DNA of 62,082 nucleotides, counting the filler, from Circinaria calcarea (taxonomy: Eukaryota), in assembly GCA_051942165.1 (NCBI GenBank). It is 12 parts of 12 records of this genome, joined end to end, with 100 filler letters (N's around TTAATTAATTAA, not from the genome) between each part and the next. Parts side by side here need not be neighbours in the genome. Positions count along the whole stretch, not along the records: positions 10,382 to 15,470 come from JAVECS010002052.1; positions 15,571 to 20,659 come from JAVECS010002053.1; positions 20,760 to 25,847 come from JAVECS010002054.1; 9 more parts are not named here. The stretch is one strand, 5' to 3'. Position numbers and translations under genes: made by a program. The first letter of the stretch is position 1; the number at the start of each line of letters is the position of its first letter. The notes below the pieces were generated by a model. It did not search any database. It was not told the origin of the DNA and saw only the letters and a list, made by a program, of their open reading frames with translations. This document shows positions 11,581 through 21,395 of this stretch, in pieces.

Positions 11581-12566
11581 GGGGAAAGGTGGGAAAAAAA
11601 GGGAAAAGGGTATATTTCAATAATTCGAATTCATTTTAAGGAAATATAGCTTGGAAATTTACCCTGATGGAATTTTCGCCATGGTAAATAAAGTTTTTCG
11701 GTTAATCCAGTATAAGTTTAGGATTTATTAGCTTTCCATCGATTCCGACCCGAGGTTGGAGAGAGGGGGGGAGGGGGGAAGAGTACTTTACTTGCAAAGT
11801 ATCTATGGCTAAAATATGTGATAATGTGAGGCACGAGCAATACAATGGCTGTACGCAGTATACTCGAGAACTAATCGTTAAGGAGGGAGGAGAAATGTGT
11901 GCGTGAAAGGGTTTCACAATATGGTACGCCAAGACGCCAGCTAAGCGAGGTTTCGCCACCCCCTATGCGTAGAGCATAACAGAAATTGAGTGCTACGGTG
12001 TAATCCGCATGTATATACGGAGTAAGGGTTATATAACTGCTGAATTTCAACAACTGCTGTAGACTGCAGTATTGCTACTCCCGTGGTTTGTGTGCTGCCA
12101 AGTCCCAAGTGTGTGTGTAGAATATTCGCAGATTCCACAAGTCCCTTGCATGCGCCGTGAAATAAATGATAGACCCGCCCTTTGCCTCCACCAGAATGTA
12201 GCCGGTTTGAGGGGTTGAGAATCCGCATGTAAATGACTAGCTATCTATTGATTAGATTTTGGCTGGTTTTCTATCCGAAATAAATACCCCAGTAATCCCA
12301 CGAGCATCTCGAGACCCTCTCTCTGGATACCCACCGTAACTACCAACAGGGAGCGCGCAACCGGAACGGACTGATGGTCATGTCTTCGAGTTAGAACCCC
12401 GCCGCCATCATCTCGTGGGAGGTTTTACTTGAGTTGTAAACCACAGAATGGATGGTTCCGTGGGTGTTTTTCCGCATCCAAGGGGGCGGGCCGGCTTGGG
12501 ACCGCCGCCTTTCTTTTCCCTGTTGCGATGGATGGACGGCGGCCGGAAAATGAAAGTGGAAAAGAT

Positions 12567-15470
12567 TCAGCCCGAATCGCGGGTGGTTTTCTGTCTTTTT
12601 GCGGGTCTTGGGAGGAGGGGGGGTTGGAGAGTGCTGGGTGCGGACTCTTCTTGTTGTTTCCGCCCTGGGTGTTCATCCTTCGCTCCGTGATCCAGCAATA
12701 TCTGTACCACTGAGTGATGACCTCTTTTCAATGCAGCCTGCAGTGCATTGCCATACTCTCCGCCCTGGGCATTGACCTCCGCTCCGTGATCCAGCAGTAT
12801 TTGCGCCACCGAGTCGCGCCCTTTATATGATGCCGCCTGTAGTGCATTAACATAGAATCCGCCCTCGGCGTTCACCTCCGCTCCATTATTCAGCAGTATT
12901 TGCAACACCGAGCCGTGGCCTGTATATGATGCCGCCTGTAGTGCGTTGCCATATTCTCCGCCTTGAGCATTCACTTTAGCTCCTTTACTCAGCAGTATTT
13001 GCACCACCGAATCGTGCCCTCCTGCTGATGCCGCCTGTAATGCATTGCCAAATTGTCCGCCTTGAGCATTCACTTTAGCTCCTTTTTTTAGTAGTATTTG
13101 CACCACCGAGTCGTAACCTCCCGCTGATGCCGCCTGTAATGCATTGCCATACCGTCCGCCCTGGGCATTCACTTTGGCTCCATTGTTCAGCAGTATTTGC
13201 ACCACCAAATCGTGCCCTCCTAGTGATGCCGCTTGTAATGCATTGCTATACTCTCCGCCCTGAATATTCACTTCCGCTCCCTTTTCCAGCAGTATTTGCA
13301 CCACCGAGTCGTGGCCTCCTAATGATGCCGCTTGAAGTGCATTGCTATACTCTCCGCCCTGAATATTCACTTCCGCTCCCTTTTCCAGCAGCATTTGCAC
13401 CACCGAATCATAACCTCCATATGATGCCGCCTGTAGTGCATTACCATAGGATCCACCCTGGGCATTAACATCTGCTCCGTTTTTCAGCAGCAGTTGCACT
13501 ACTGAATCGTGACCTCTTGCTGATGCCGCCTGTAGTACATTGCCATACCGTCCGCTCTGGGCATTCACCTTCGCTCCGTTACTCAGCAGCATTTGCACCA
13601 CCGAATAATAGCCTGCTAGTGATGCCGCCTGTAATGCATTGCCATACCGTCCGCCCCGGGCATTCACCTTCGCTCCGTTACGCAGCAGCATTTGCACCAT
13701 TGATTCGTGCCCTCTCCATGATGCCGCCTGTAGTGCAGTACCATAATTTCTACTATAATCTTCGCCATGGTCCTGGGCATTGACCTCCGCTCCGTGATTC
13801 AGCAGTATTTGCACCACCGAATCGTAACCTTTATATGATGCCACTTGCAATGCATTGCCATAATATCCGCCCTGAATATTGATCCCGGCTCCGTTATTCA
13901 GCAGAATCTGCACCACCGAGTCGTGACCTAGTTCAGACGCCCAGATAAGTGCCGTTCGTCCTTGTCCATCTTGCGCATCTAAATCTAAATTCTCTGTCCG
14001 GAAAAGTGTTTTAAGGACATCACTATGTCCGTTGAGTGCTGCCAGTCGTATAGCATTCATTTCCGGTCGTCTTATGGATGGGCGAAATGCTCTCCAAAAA
14101 ACTGGAAACCAACGTTGAAATCTTTCAGTGCCCGTATTATACAACTCGCAGACTATATCCATCAGAAGAAAGGTCTTCTGTCCTTGTACACTCCGTACAT
14201 GCGCTGACCAATGTTTAGTAGCGTAATTCCAAAAGGCTTGTATATCGTCCGGGTCATCTGTTTCTTGCAATAGCTCGTTAGAACGAACTTTGTCCCTTGG
14301 TTTCTTAGCTTGAGCTGGCAACTGCTTCAATTTCTTGAGATCCATCCGGGCTAAGTATCCTACACAAATATGTGCCATATACCCCTCAACATCGACGTGG
14401 CTCAAACAATGTTTCCAGCCCTGATTGCTCGATGCAATACCGGCAGTCGAATTTACGAGGAATTCTTTCGCAGTCTGATGAATAAGATATATTCTAGAGT
14501 GATTGATAAATACGAATAAGCCGCACCACTGGGGGAGTTGTTGTTTCAGCCAATTCTTGTCTATACCTAGCTTCACCTCTAACTCAAGTTTTGGTGAGGT
14601 GGCAACCCCAACCGCCACCGCCATTTCCCCAACTGTTAATGGACGACGAGCAGCAACGATAATTTTGAGAATCTTGAATACATTGTCTTTGTTCCTACTT
14701 GCGCCCCTTTTCAGAATTTGTTCGTATGCATCCTCTACTGTGGCTGGTAGTGACTGAATCTCTTCCTCGCTCGGCCGAAAACTGTTTTGAAATGTCTCTT
14801 TGATGCATTCAATGGCTAGGTGAAGCCAAAGATATGTTCGATGCTCCATTGAAAGGAGTTTATTCTTAAGCCGAGCTTTCGCATCTGGCTGTAGAGGGAA
14901 TTTCTTGGCTAGTGTGTTCACTTGCTCTTCGATAACCAGATTGATTTCCCGGTGAATTTGAGCATTCTCATCTTCTCCCTTCAAACGGATCAATGGTAAA
15001 TGCGACACTGTGTCCTCAAACCGACTTTTAATACCCTCATATGGTCGACTCGTGATCAGAAATTTCAGCCAGTGCTGCTTTGGCGCAGTAGAAGATTTAT
15101 CCATGTAAAATTTGGATAACAGTGTGATAAGGCGGTCACGGTCCTGCTCGCGACACTCATCAAGGGCATCTAGCACGCATATGATATTATGTGCCTCTTT
15201 ATCTGTGCCTGCACCTAACATTATCCGCCACAGTTCATCAACCTCCCCCTGCAGCTTATCTTCCGACTTCTCCCACGCTGGTACTGCATGGCGAATCAAT
15301 TGGGGTTGGCTTGTGAATAACTGATGTACCAATGCGCATAGAGCGGTGGCCAGAGAATCCTGCGTTTCGTTGTCTTTGAAAAAGAAGTAGCAGACTGTAA
15401 CTTCCTCATTTTTATGAAGCCATTGTTCGACCAACGAATTTGAAAGCACGGACTTTCCACATCCCGGATC
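12567..15470 (-). CDS. Fungal NLR-like protein: NACHT + ~14 ankyrin repeats, 5'-partial (effector domain off-contig)
   Basis: Walker A DPGCGKS at the contig edge, CYFFFK, Walker B ICVLDALDEC, LITSRP, LIHQTAKEFL, then 33-aa GAxVNAQGGxYGNALQAAS repeats. Confidence 0.93.
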   Translation of the reverse strand, partial: DPGCGKSVLSNSLVEQWLHKNEEVTVCYFFFKDNETQDSLATALCALVHQLFTSQPQLIRHAVPAWEKSEDKLQGEVDELWRIMLGAGTDKEAHNIICVLDALDECREQDRDRLITLLSKFYMDKSSTAPKQHWLKFLITSRPYEGIKSRFEDTVSHLPLIRLKGEDENAQIHREINLVIEEQVNTLAKKFPLQPDAKARLKNKLLSMEHRTYLWLHLAIECIKETFQNSFRPSEEEIQSLPATVEDAYEQILKRGASRNKDNVFKILKIIVAARRPLTVGEMAVAVGVATSPKLELEVKLGIDKNWLKQQLPQWCGLFVFINHSRIYLIHQTAKEFLVNSTAGIASSNQGWKHCLSHVDVEGYMAHICVGYLARMDLKKLKQLPAQAKKPRDKVRSNELLQETDDPDDIQAFWNYATKHWSAHVRSVQGQKTFLLMDIVCELYNTGTERFQRWFPVFWRAFRPSIRRPEMNAIRLAALNGHSDVLKTLFRTENLDLDAQDGQGRTALIWASELGHDSVVQILLNNGAGINIQGGYYGNALQVASYKGYDSVVQILLNHGAEVNAQDHGEDYSRNYGTALQAASWRGHESMVQMLLRNGAKVNARGGRYGNALQAASLAGYYSVVQMLLSNGAKVNAQSGRYGNVLQAASARGHDSVVQLLLKNGADVNAQGGSYGNALQAASYGGYDSVVQMLLEKGAEVNIQGGEYSNALQAASLGGHDSVVQILLEKGAEVNIQGGEYSNALQAASLGGHDLVVQILLNNGAKVNAQGGRYGNALQAASAGGYDSVVQILLKKGAKVNAQGGQFGNALQAASAGGHDSVVQILLSKGAKVNAQGGEYGNALQAASYTGHGSVLQILLNNGAEVNAEGGFYVNALQAASYKGRDSVAQILLDHGAEVNAQGGEYGNALQAALKRGHHSVVQILLDHGAKDEHPGRKQQEESAPSTLQPPLLPRPAKRQKTTRDSG

Positions 15471-15571
15471 NNNNNNNNNNNNNNNNNNNNNNNNNNNNNN
15501 NNNNNNNNNNNNNNTTAATTAATTAANNNNNNNNNNNNNNNNNNNNNNNNNNNNNNNNNNNNNNNNNNNNA

Positions 15572-16456
15572 TGCGTATTCACGGAGATTGGGATTCCCTA
15601 CGACATGGATGACAAGTATGCCTACAAGACCGGCGACTACACCAGCCAGATATCCGCCATGGATGCCAATCATTTTGCACTGGAGGGTTGTGGTGCGAAC
15701 GGATTCACTCTCTGGGTATATATGGCTAAGGTATGTAACTCTTCTGACATCCATTAACCTCCATTTGTCTAATATTTCCCTTAGAATAATCATCAATGGG
15801 GTGATCTCTGGAACGGCGAAGACCTCTCAATCTTTTCTGTCGACGACAAACCCCTCCCACTTCGTCTAGAGAGTGATCCTGCTACCAACAAATCCGCCTC
15901 TACCTCGACCGCCTCTCTGAATCACTCCTCGCCCTCCTACTCCCAGTCCCAGACGTCCAGTCCCGACACCCTGGTAGATCCTAAGAATCTTCAAACCACC
16001 CTCTCTACTCCCTCCATCTCCTCCACCCAGACAGGCACCTCGGCTGACCTAACGAGCCATCCCGGCTATCGAGCCGCCGAAGCTTATGTCCGGCCCAGCC
16101 CTATCGCCACCGTCGGCAATGTCACCTCCTACGGCTTCGATCTCCGCAATGCCACATTCACGCTGCTTCTAACCTGCGATAAACCAGCGACGGAGGATAC
16201 CCCCACCGAAGTCTTTCTCCCGGAGGTTCATTTCCCGCGGGAGGGTAGCGAAGTGGATGTCAGCGGTGGGAAATGGACGATCGGTGTCGATGATGGGGAG
16301 GGCGGTCTGATTCAGAAGCTGAAATGGTGGCATGGGATCGGAGAGCAACGGTTAACAGTCAAGGGGATCAAGAGGCGGCAGGGGACGGCTGTCGGGAATG
16401 AGGAGGAAGAGGGGTACTTGGAGCAGTGCCAGCAGAACCGGTGTGGGGTTATGTAA
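15572..16456 (+). CDS. GH5 endoglycoceramidase-related protein / ergosteryl-beta-glucosidase (EGCrP2/Egh1-like), 5'-partial; intron ~15731-15784
   Basis: FTEIGIPYDMDDKYAY...SQISAMDANHFALEG...TLWVY|NNHQWGDLWNGEDLSIFS...GYRAAEAYVRP...PTEVFLPEVHFP; ends CGVM*. Confidence 0.85.
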
Positions 16457-16638
16457 ATTGGAAATTTGGGGCACTTGGGAGCCGTGAGGGCATGTGTATA
16501 ATGCGATACATTTCCTTGGTGTCAACCCAGCAAACGGGAAAAGGGAGAGGGAAAGGCGAGTAGGGATGATTATTCCGGTAACCCTATGCATTATCCCCGA
16601 GGATGCCCCTTTACCTTCTGCTCTTCTGAATCGCATTA

Positions 16639-17196
16639 CAGTGAACCTTGGCTATAAGGAATCTGGTTATAGCGAAAACTCCGCTGTAACGAATGTTTTT
16701 CGCAGCTTTACTCTTTTTTTGTATGTAAATTAACGAAAACCTGTTAACTACGAAATCCGTTACTGTTGGTCGTAGGGGAAATTAGTTCATAGCAGGCTTG
16801 GCAAAAACCAGAGTATATCTTATACGTAACGGACCAATCAACTCTTCGGTAGTTGCGGATCGTAACTATCTTACAATATGAATTAATTTCCCCGGTTCCG
16901 ACCACGGTAGTACATATTTCCGGAAAATTTCTGCGGGTCTTTCTATGGTTGTTATACATACACAAAGCTATATAATTTATGGATAAAAAGTAAGGATTAT
17001 GACGAGGGCTTACCATATGTGCATAAGGCAGAGTATTGTGGGCATACGAATAAGCCTAATGCATAATTCAAGTTTTATACAGTATCAAGTCCCCCCCGCT
17101 ATACAATCAGCCCTGTCTGATTATACACGAATAATACTCCTTTATAACGAAATGAAATTTCCAAATTTTTTAATTCGTTATAGCCAAGGTTCACTG
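16639..17196. mobile_element. pogo/Tigger-type (Tc1-mariner superfamily) MITE, 558 bp
   Basis: 24-bp TIRs CAGTGAACCTTGGCTATAA(G/C)GAAT (23/24 identical), TA target duplication at 16637-38 and 17197-98, no transposase ORF. Confidence 0.9.
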
Positions 17197-17490
17197 TATT
17201 GCTATTTTTCCCCACTCAGGCCCCACTAAACCCAGTTAATTTCTCGAGTCTCTCGGGTTCATCTTTCGTGGATCTCCCGAACCCGGATCCCGATTACTCC
17301 GTACAACATACAAGAGATAGCTTATCGATCTAGCGTAATCTAGCCGAAGGAAAGCTTATTATATCCCAGCTGGCCCTCGTGCCCGCCTCCACAAAACAGT
17401 CACCGATTCTCCGTTTCCCCCGGATATATAAAACTCTTGTACGAATCTGTATTTGTATCGGTTTTTGGGCCAAATCGGGTATCAGCCAGA

Positions 17491-19501
17491 ATGGCAAGAC
17501 ATGATTTCTCCAGCGCCGATGAGGCTCAGCTGGAAACTCTGGGCCACAAGAGCGAGCTGAAGCGCCAGTTCTCACCGTTGTTGGTGGCTTTTCTGCCCTA
17601 AACTTGGCATCGAAGTTGCCAAGATTATATGGATGTGCTGATGTACGGCCTATAGGGCTATGCTTGGATTGGCCTTTGCGATCCTTAATGTATCTCCGTA
17701 TGCGCCTAATAAACGAGATGTATTTTCTGACGATGGCTATGATTTACAGTCGTGGACTGCGTTGGCTGCGAGTTTGTCGCTTGCGCTTCCGAGCGGGGGT
17801 TCGACGTCAGTGCTTTGGGGTATGCAAGTCTCTAATTGTTCCATGTCAAAGTCCTGTGATTGAGATATTCTCCATAGGTCTCATTACGGCCGGGGTCTGC
17901 AACCTTGCCCTAGCCGCTTCAATGGCGGAATTCTTGTCTGCTTACCCAACCGCTGGGGGTCAATACCATTGGGTTGCTGTAATCAGCTGGCCGGAGTGGG
18001 TTTCTTTGCTCTCTTGGATCACAGGTTGGATCAACGTATCTGGCTGGATCGCACTCACCGCATCCGGCGGTCTTCTGGGTAGTCAGTTTGTTGTCGGTGT
18101 GATTTCCTTGTATAATCCGGTATGAATCCATCCACGGGGTTTCCTAGCAACGCTGATTGCAGGTCTAGTTGTATGAATACCAGAGGTATCAGATTTTCCT
18201 GATATACATCGCGTACAATCTTGTTGGCTTCCTGATTAACGCCTTTTTGAACTCGTCATTAGCTATCGTTAACAAAACCGCAATTTTTTGGTCCATCGCT
18301 GGATTTACCATAATTTCAATCACCGTTCTTGCATGCGCTTCGCCTATTTACTCGTCAGCGGACTTTGTGTTTCGTGGCTTCATCAATGAGACAGGCTGGC
18401 CTGACGGAATAGCATGGCTTTTGGGTGTATGTAGCCTGACGACTCCATGAAATGCCAAATGCTAAATCGTACAACAAGCTACTTCAAGGCGGTTTCGGGC
18501 TCACAGGCTACGATGCCGTAGCCCATTTAATTGAGGAAATTCCCAACGCGTCTGTTGAGGGTCCGAAGATTATGATTGCCTGCGTTGCTATCGGAGTGTC
18601 CACCGGCTTCATCTTCTTGGTCGTTCTTCTTTTCGTGGCAGGCGACATCGATGCTGTTATAAGCTCCACCGCCGGACCGCTTCTGCAGATACTTTACAAT
18701 GCCACGGGAAGCAGAGCTGGAGCTGTCTGCCTACTTATTTTCCCTCTTATGTGTCAGGTGTTCGCAACGACAAGTATCATGACCACTAGCAGTCGGATGA
18801 CTTGGGCTTTTGCAAGGGATGGGGGACTGCCGGCAAGTCGCTTTTTTGCCAAGGTGCATCCAAAACTGGAGCTGCCGTTGAACTCGTTGTATCTGACTAC
18901 GACACTGGTGGTCATCTTCGGCTTAATCTTCCTTGGCTCCAGCAGTGCCTTTAATGCCATCATCTCTGCTTCTGTGGTCGCCTTGGGAGTGTCGTATGCG
19001 ATCCCTCCGACTATCAATTGTTTACAAGGCAGAACGAAATTACCTGCAAGATCGTTTGTGCTCCCAGGGCCTCTTGGATGGGTGGCTAACATAGTGAGTA
19101 GACGCCCTCCTTTAGTATATATTTTGTTGTCTTATCTGACTGACCCAATTATATTTTCAGCTTGGGATCGCCTATGTCATTCTCACCTCGGTTCTTTTTC
19201 TGTTTCCGCCAGAACTGCCGGTCACTGGCAACAACATGAGTGAGGCCTCGCCAGTGCATCAATTCTTGATGTTTTTCTCTTCTGACTGATTCGTCATTTA
19301 GACTACTGTATTGTCGCTTTTACGATAGTCATCATCGTCTCAACCATTCAGTGGTTCGCCGACGGCAAGAAGAACTTCAGGGGTCCCAAGGTTGAGATTG
19401 GCGAAGCTGTTATAGTGGCGAGCGTGCCAGAGGTGGATCCGCAGCAGGGACCAAGTAACGGGAAGGGTGGAAATGAGTTTGAGTCAAAGAAGAGTACATA
19501 G
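17491..19501 (+). CDS. Amino acid/choline/GABA permease (ACT family, HNM1/UGA4-like), multi-exon
   Basis: ADEAQLETLGHKSELKRQFS, SMAEFLSAYPTAGGQYHWV, GYDAVAHLIEEIP, SRMTWAFARDGGLP; several GT-AG introns; stop TAG at 19499-19501. Confidence 0.9.
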
Positions 19502-19906
19502 CCTCTGTTCAAGTACTGTAGATTTCCATACATATAGAAGGACTGAGTTGATCAGTGGAAGTTGACATGTGCCGAGACTCTCTACCCACAAGTAGCCTTT
19601 GCTGTTGGTGCCATTAACCAACTCATGTATACGCAAACTTGTTAATATATTTCTGCATGTAGCGCACGTGCTTGAAGGGACAACTTTTAGCATTTGCGTA
19701 AATTAAAGTTTCATTTAGATATGAGCCTCACGCAATGCTACCTGCTGCCAACGCGAAAGTTTAAGTGTTAAAATTGGCCATTTGAAGTCTTTGTAGGAAA
19801 TCCAATAGCGATGAGACGTTTTGGAGTATTCCCGGAGTGATTCCGCCATCGTTGGCGTGGTAAGGCCGAGATTAAGTTCAACCCCGGATTTTGCATTAGC
19901 TCAGCT

Positions 19907-19912
19907 ACGCGT
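19907..19912. promoter_or_regulatory. MCB (MluI cell-cycle box) ACGCGT upstream of cdt1
   Basis: Exact ACGCGT ~100 bp upstream of the ATG, with ACGCGAAA at 19751 and ACGCG at 19923; cdt1 is a known MBF target in fission yeast. Confidence 0.5.
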
Positions 19913-20010
19913 AAGGTGCAGGACGCGGTGCGCGCTTTCCGTTTGTTGAACGTTTTCCCAAACGAAGCTGCCATCAACGAAGTTGTTCATCACGACGTGG
20001 AAGGCGCATC

Positions 20011-20659
20011 ATGCCTCCAGCTCTGAAGAAGCGTAAAGTAGTGGCAACTGCGAATCGGGCCGTGATTGCACCTTCTCGAGGAATTGTAGCATTCGGAAAG
20101 ATCTCCAAGTCTTTACAACCGGCGGAACCTAGCAAGAAAGATTCTTTACTTGAGGAAGCTTCGACCAGTACACCAAAATGTATCGCTGTGACTCCCGTCG
20201 ACAACAATCCAAGCAAGAGGAAATTAGAGGAAGTGGTGGAGATTCCCGTCGAAGAAGCAGTGTTGAAGACCGGCCAGGCACCATTCAAACAAGCACAGGA
20301 GAATGGAGCCAGTATACCTGCAGAGACGGAGCACGATTCTCCATCAAGCCCACTACTTCCTCCACTCAAATTAAATTCCGTCACACCGCAGAAGAAGGCA
20401 GCTCTGAAGCCCGAAATAAAGGAAACGCCGACAAGAGGCGCCCGTACCTTCCTCGAGGCATTCACGCTCGCCGCATCATCACCTATCTCCCCTAGATCAT
20501 CACCAGTGCCTTCCTTGAAAAATACGCCACCAAGCTCTCCAATCTCAGTGAAAAGCCCTTGCACATCTCGGCAGCATCCAGCCAGGTTACCAATCGAAGT
20601 ACAGGACTTGATTTGCCTTCACTCAGCGTTCCTCACTGCGTTATCCTTGTACTACGCCC
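20011..20659 (+). CDS. cdt1: DNA replication licensing factor Cdt1, 3'-partial
   Basis: Disordered basic S/P-rich N-terminus, then LPIEVQDLICLHSAFLTALSLYYA, resembling the start of the Pezizomycotina Cdt1 conserved region. Confidence 0.7.
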
Positions 20660-21003
20660 NNNNNNNNNNNNNNNNNNNNNNNNNNNNNNNNNNNNNNNNN
20701 NNNTTAATTAATTAANNNNNNNNNNNNNNNNNNNNNNNNNNNNNNNNNNNNNNNNNNNNCCTGAATACTTACATATCCCCCTCCTGTGTGGCGTATCACA
20801 TACCCTGCATACAGCCAATAAACCCAGACTGCGCAATTATCACGAAAATTTATACGGAAAAGCAGAATCCAAATTATATAGTAGAAATACAGCAATATCC
20901 GTGGGTTTAATAGCATTTACATAGAGGGAATCATTTTATCGAAATTAATTCTCGAAAATTCCCCGCGAGATTCAGAGTTACGCGTAAACAAAGATAGTGT
21001 TTA

Positions 21004-21098
21004 CTAGCAAATTACTATGGTACGGCTATCCTAGCTAGTGCCCTCGCCTAATCCTTGCGGAGATCAAAAAAAAAAAAAAAAAAAAGCGCCTACCATTT
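21004..21098 (-). mobile_element. Helitron-like 3' terminus, family 2
   Basis: Minus strand: AAATGGTAGGCGC-polyT-GATCTCCGCAAGGATTAGGCG...GCTAGGATAGCCGTACCATAGTAATTTGCTAG|T. Mini-hairpins and CTAG|T end; homologous to 53625-53741 and 53820-53955. Confidence 0.55.
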
Positions 21099-21153
21099 CC
21101 GTACCAACGGTAAGCGAATGATGACTTCGAAGAACAAATATTGGGAGACATAC

Positions 21154-21395
21154 TCCAGATCCCGGCAAAGCCACGCCGTCGAAACAGACCCGTACCCGAG
21201 CTTTCCGAGCACTTGATACTTTGAGTTAAACACTTCGCCAATGCGGACTGGATGGAAGCTCTCTGGTGTATACCACGAAAATGATTCTTCTTCTAGTAAT
21301 TGCGTGTCTCCCACAAGCTCGAAGCCGGATGTGGGTGGTAGCTTTGGCGGTGATGAAGAACCTTTCGTAGTTATTACAACGGAGAAGGAGGCCAA
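21154..21395 (-). pseudogene. First-exon fragment of an SRPK/Sky1-like CMGC protein kinase
   Basis: TSGFEL...LEEE...FHPVRIGEVFNSKYQVLGKLGYGSVSTAWLCRDL followed by a GTATGT donor; no ATG start and no downstream kinase exons. Confidence 0.8.

Noticed and set aside
13127..13783. Repetitive plus-strand ORFs (MPPVMHCHTVRPGH...)
   Set aside because: Antisense shadows of the ankyrin array.
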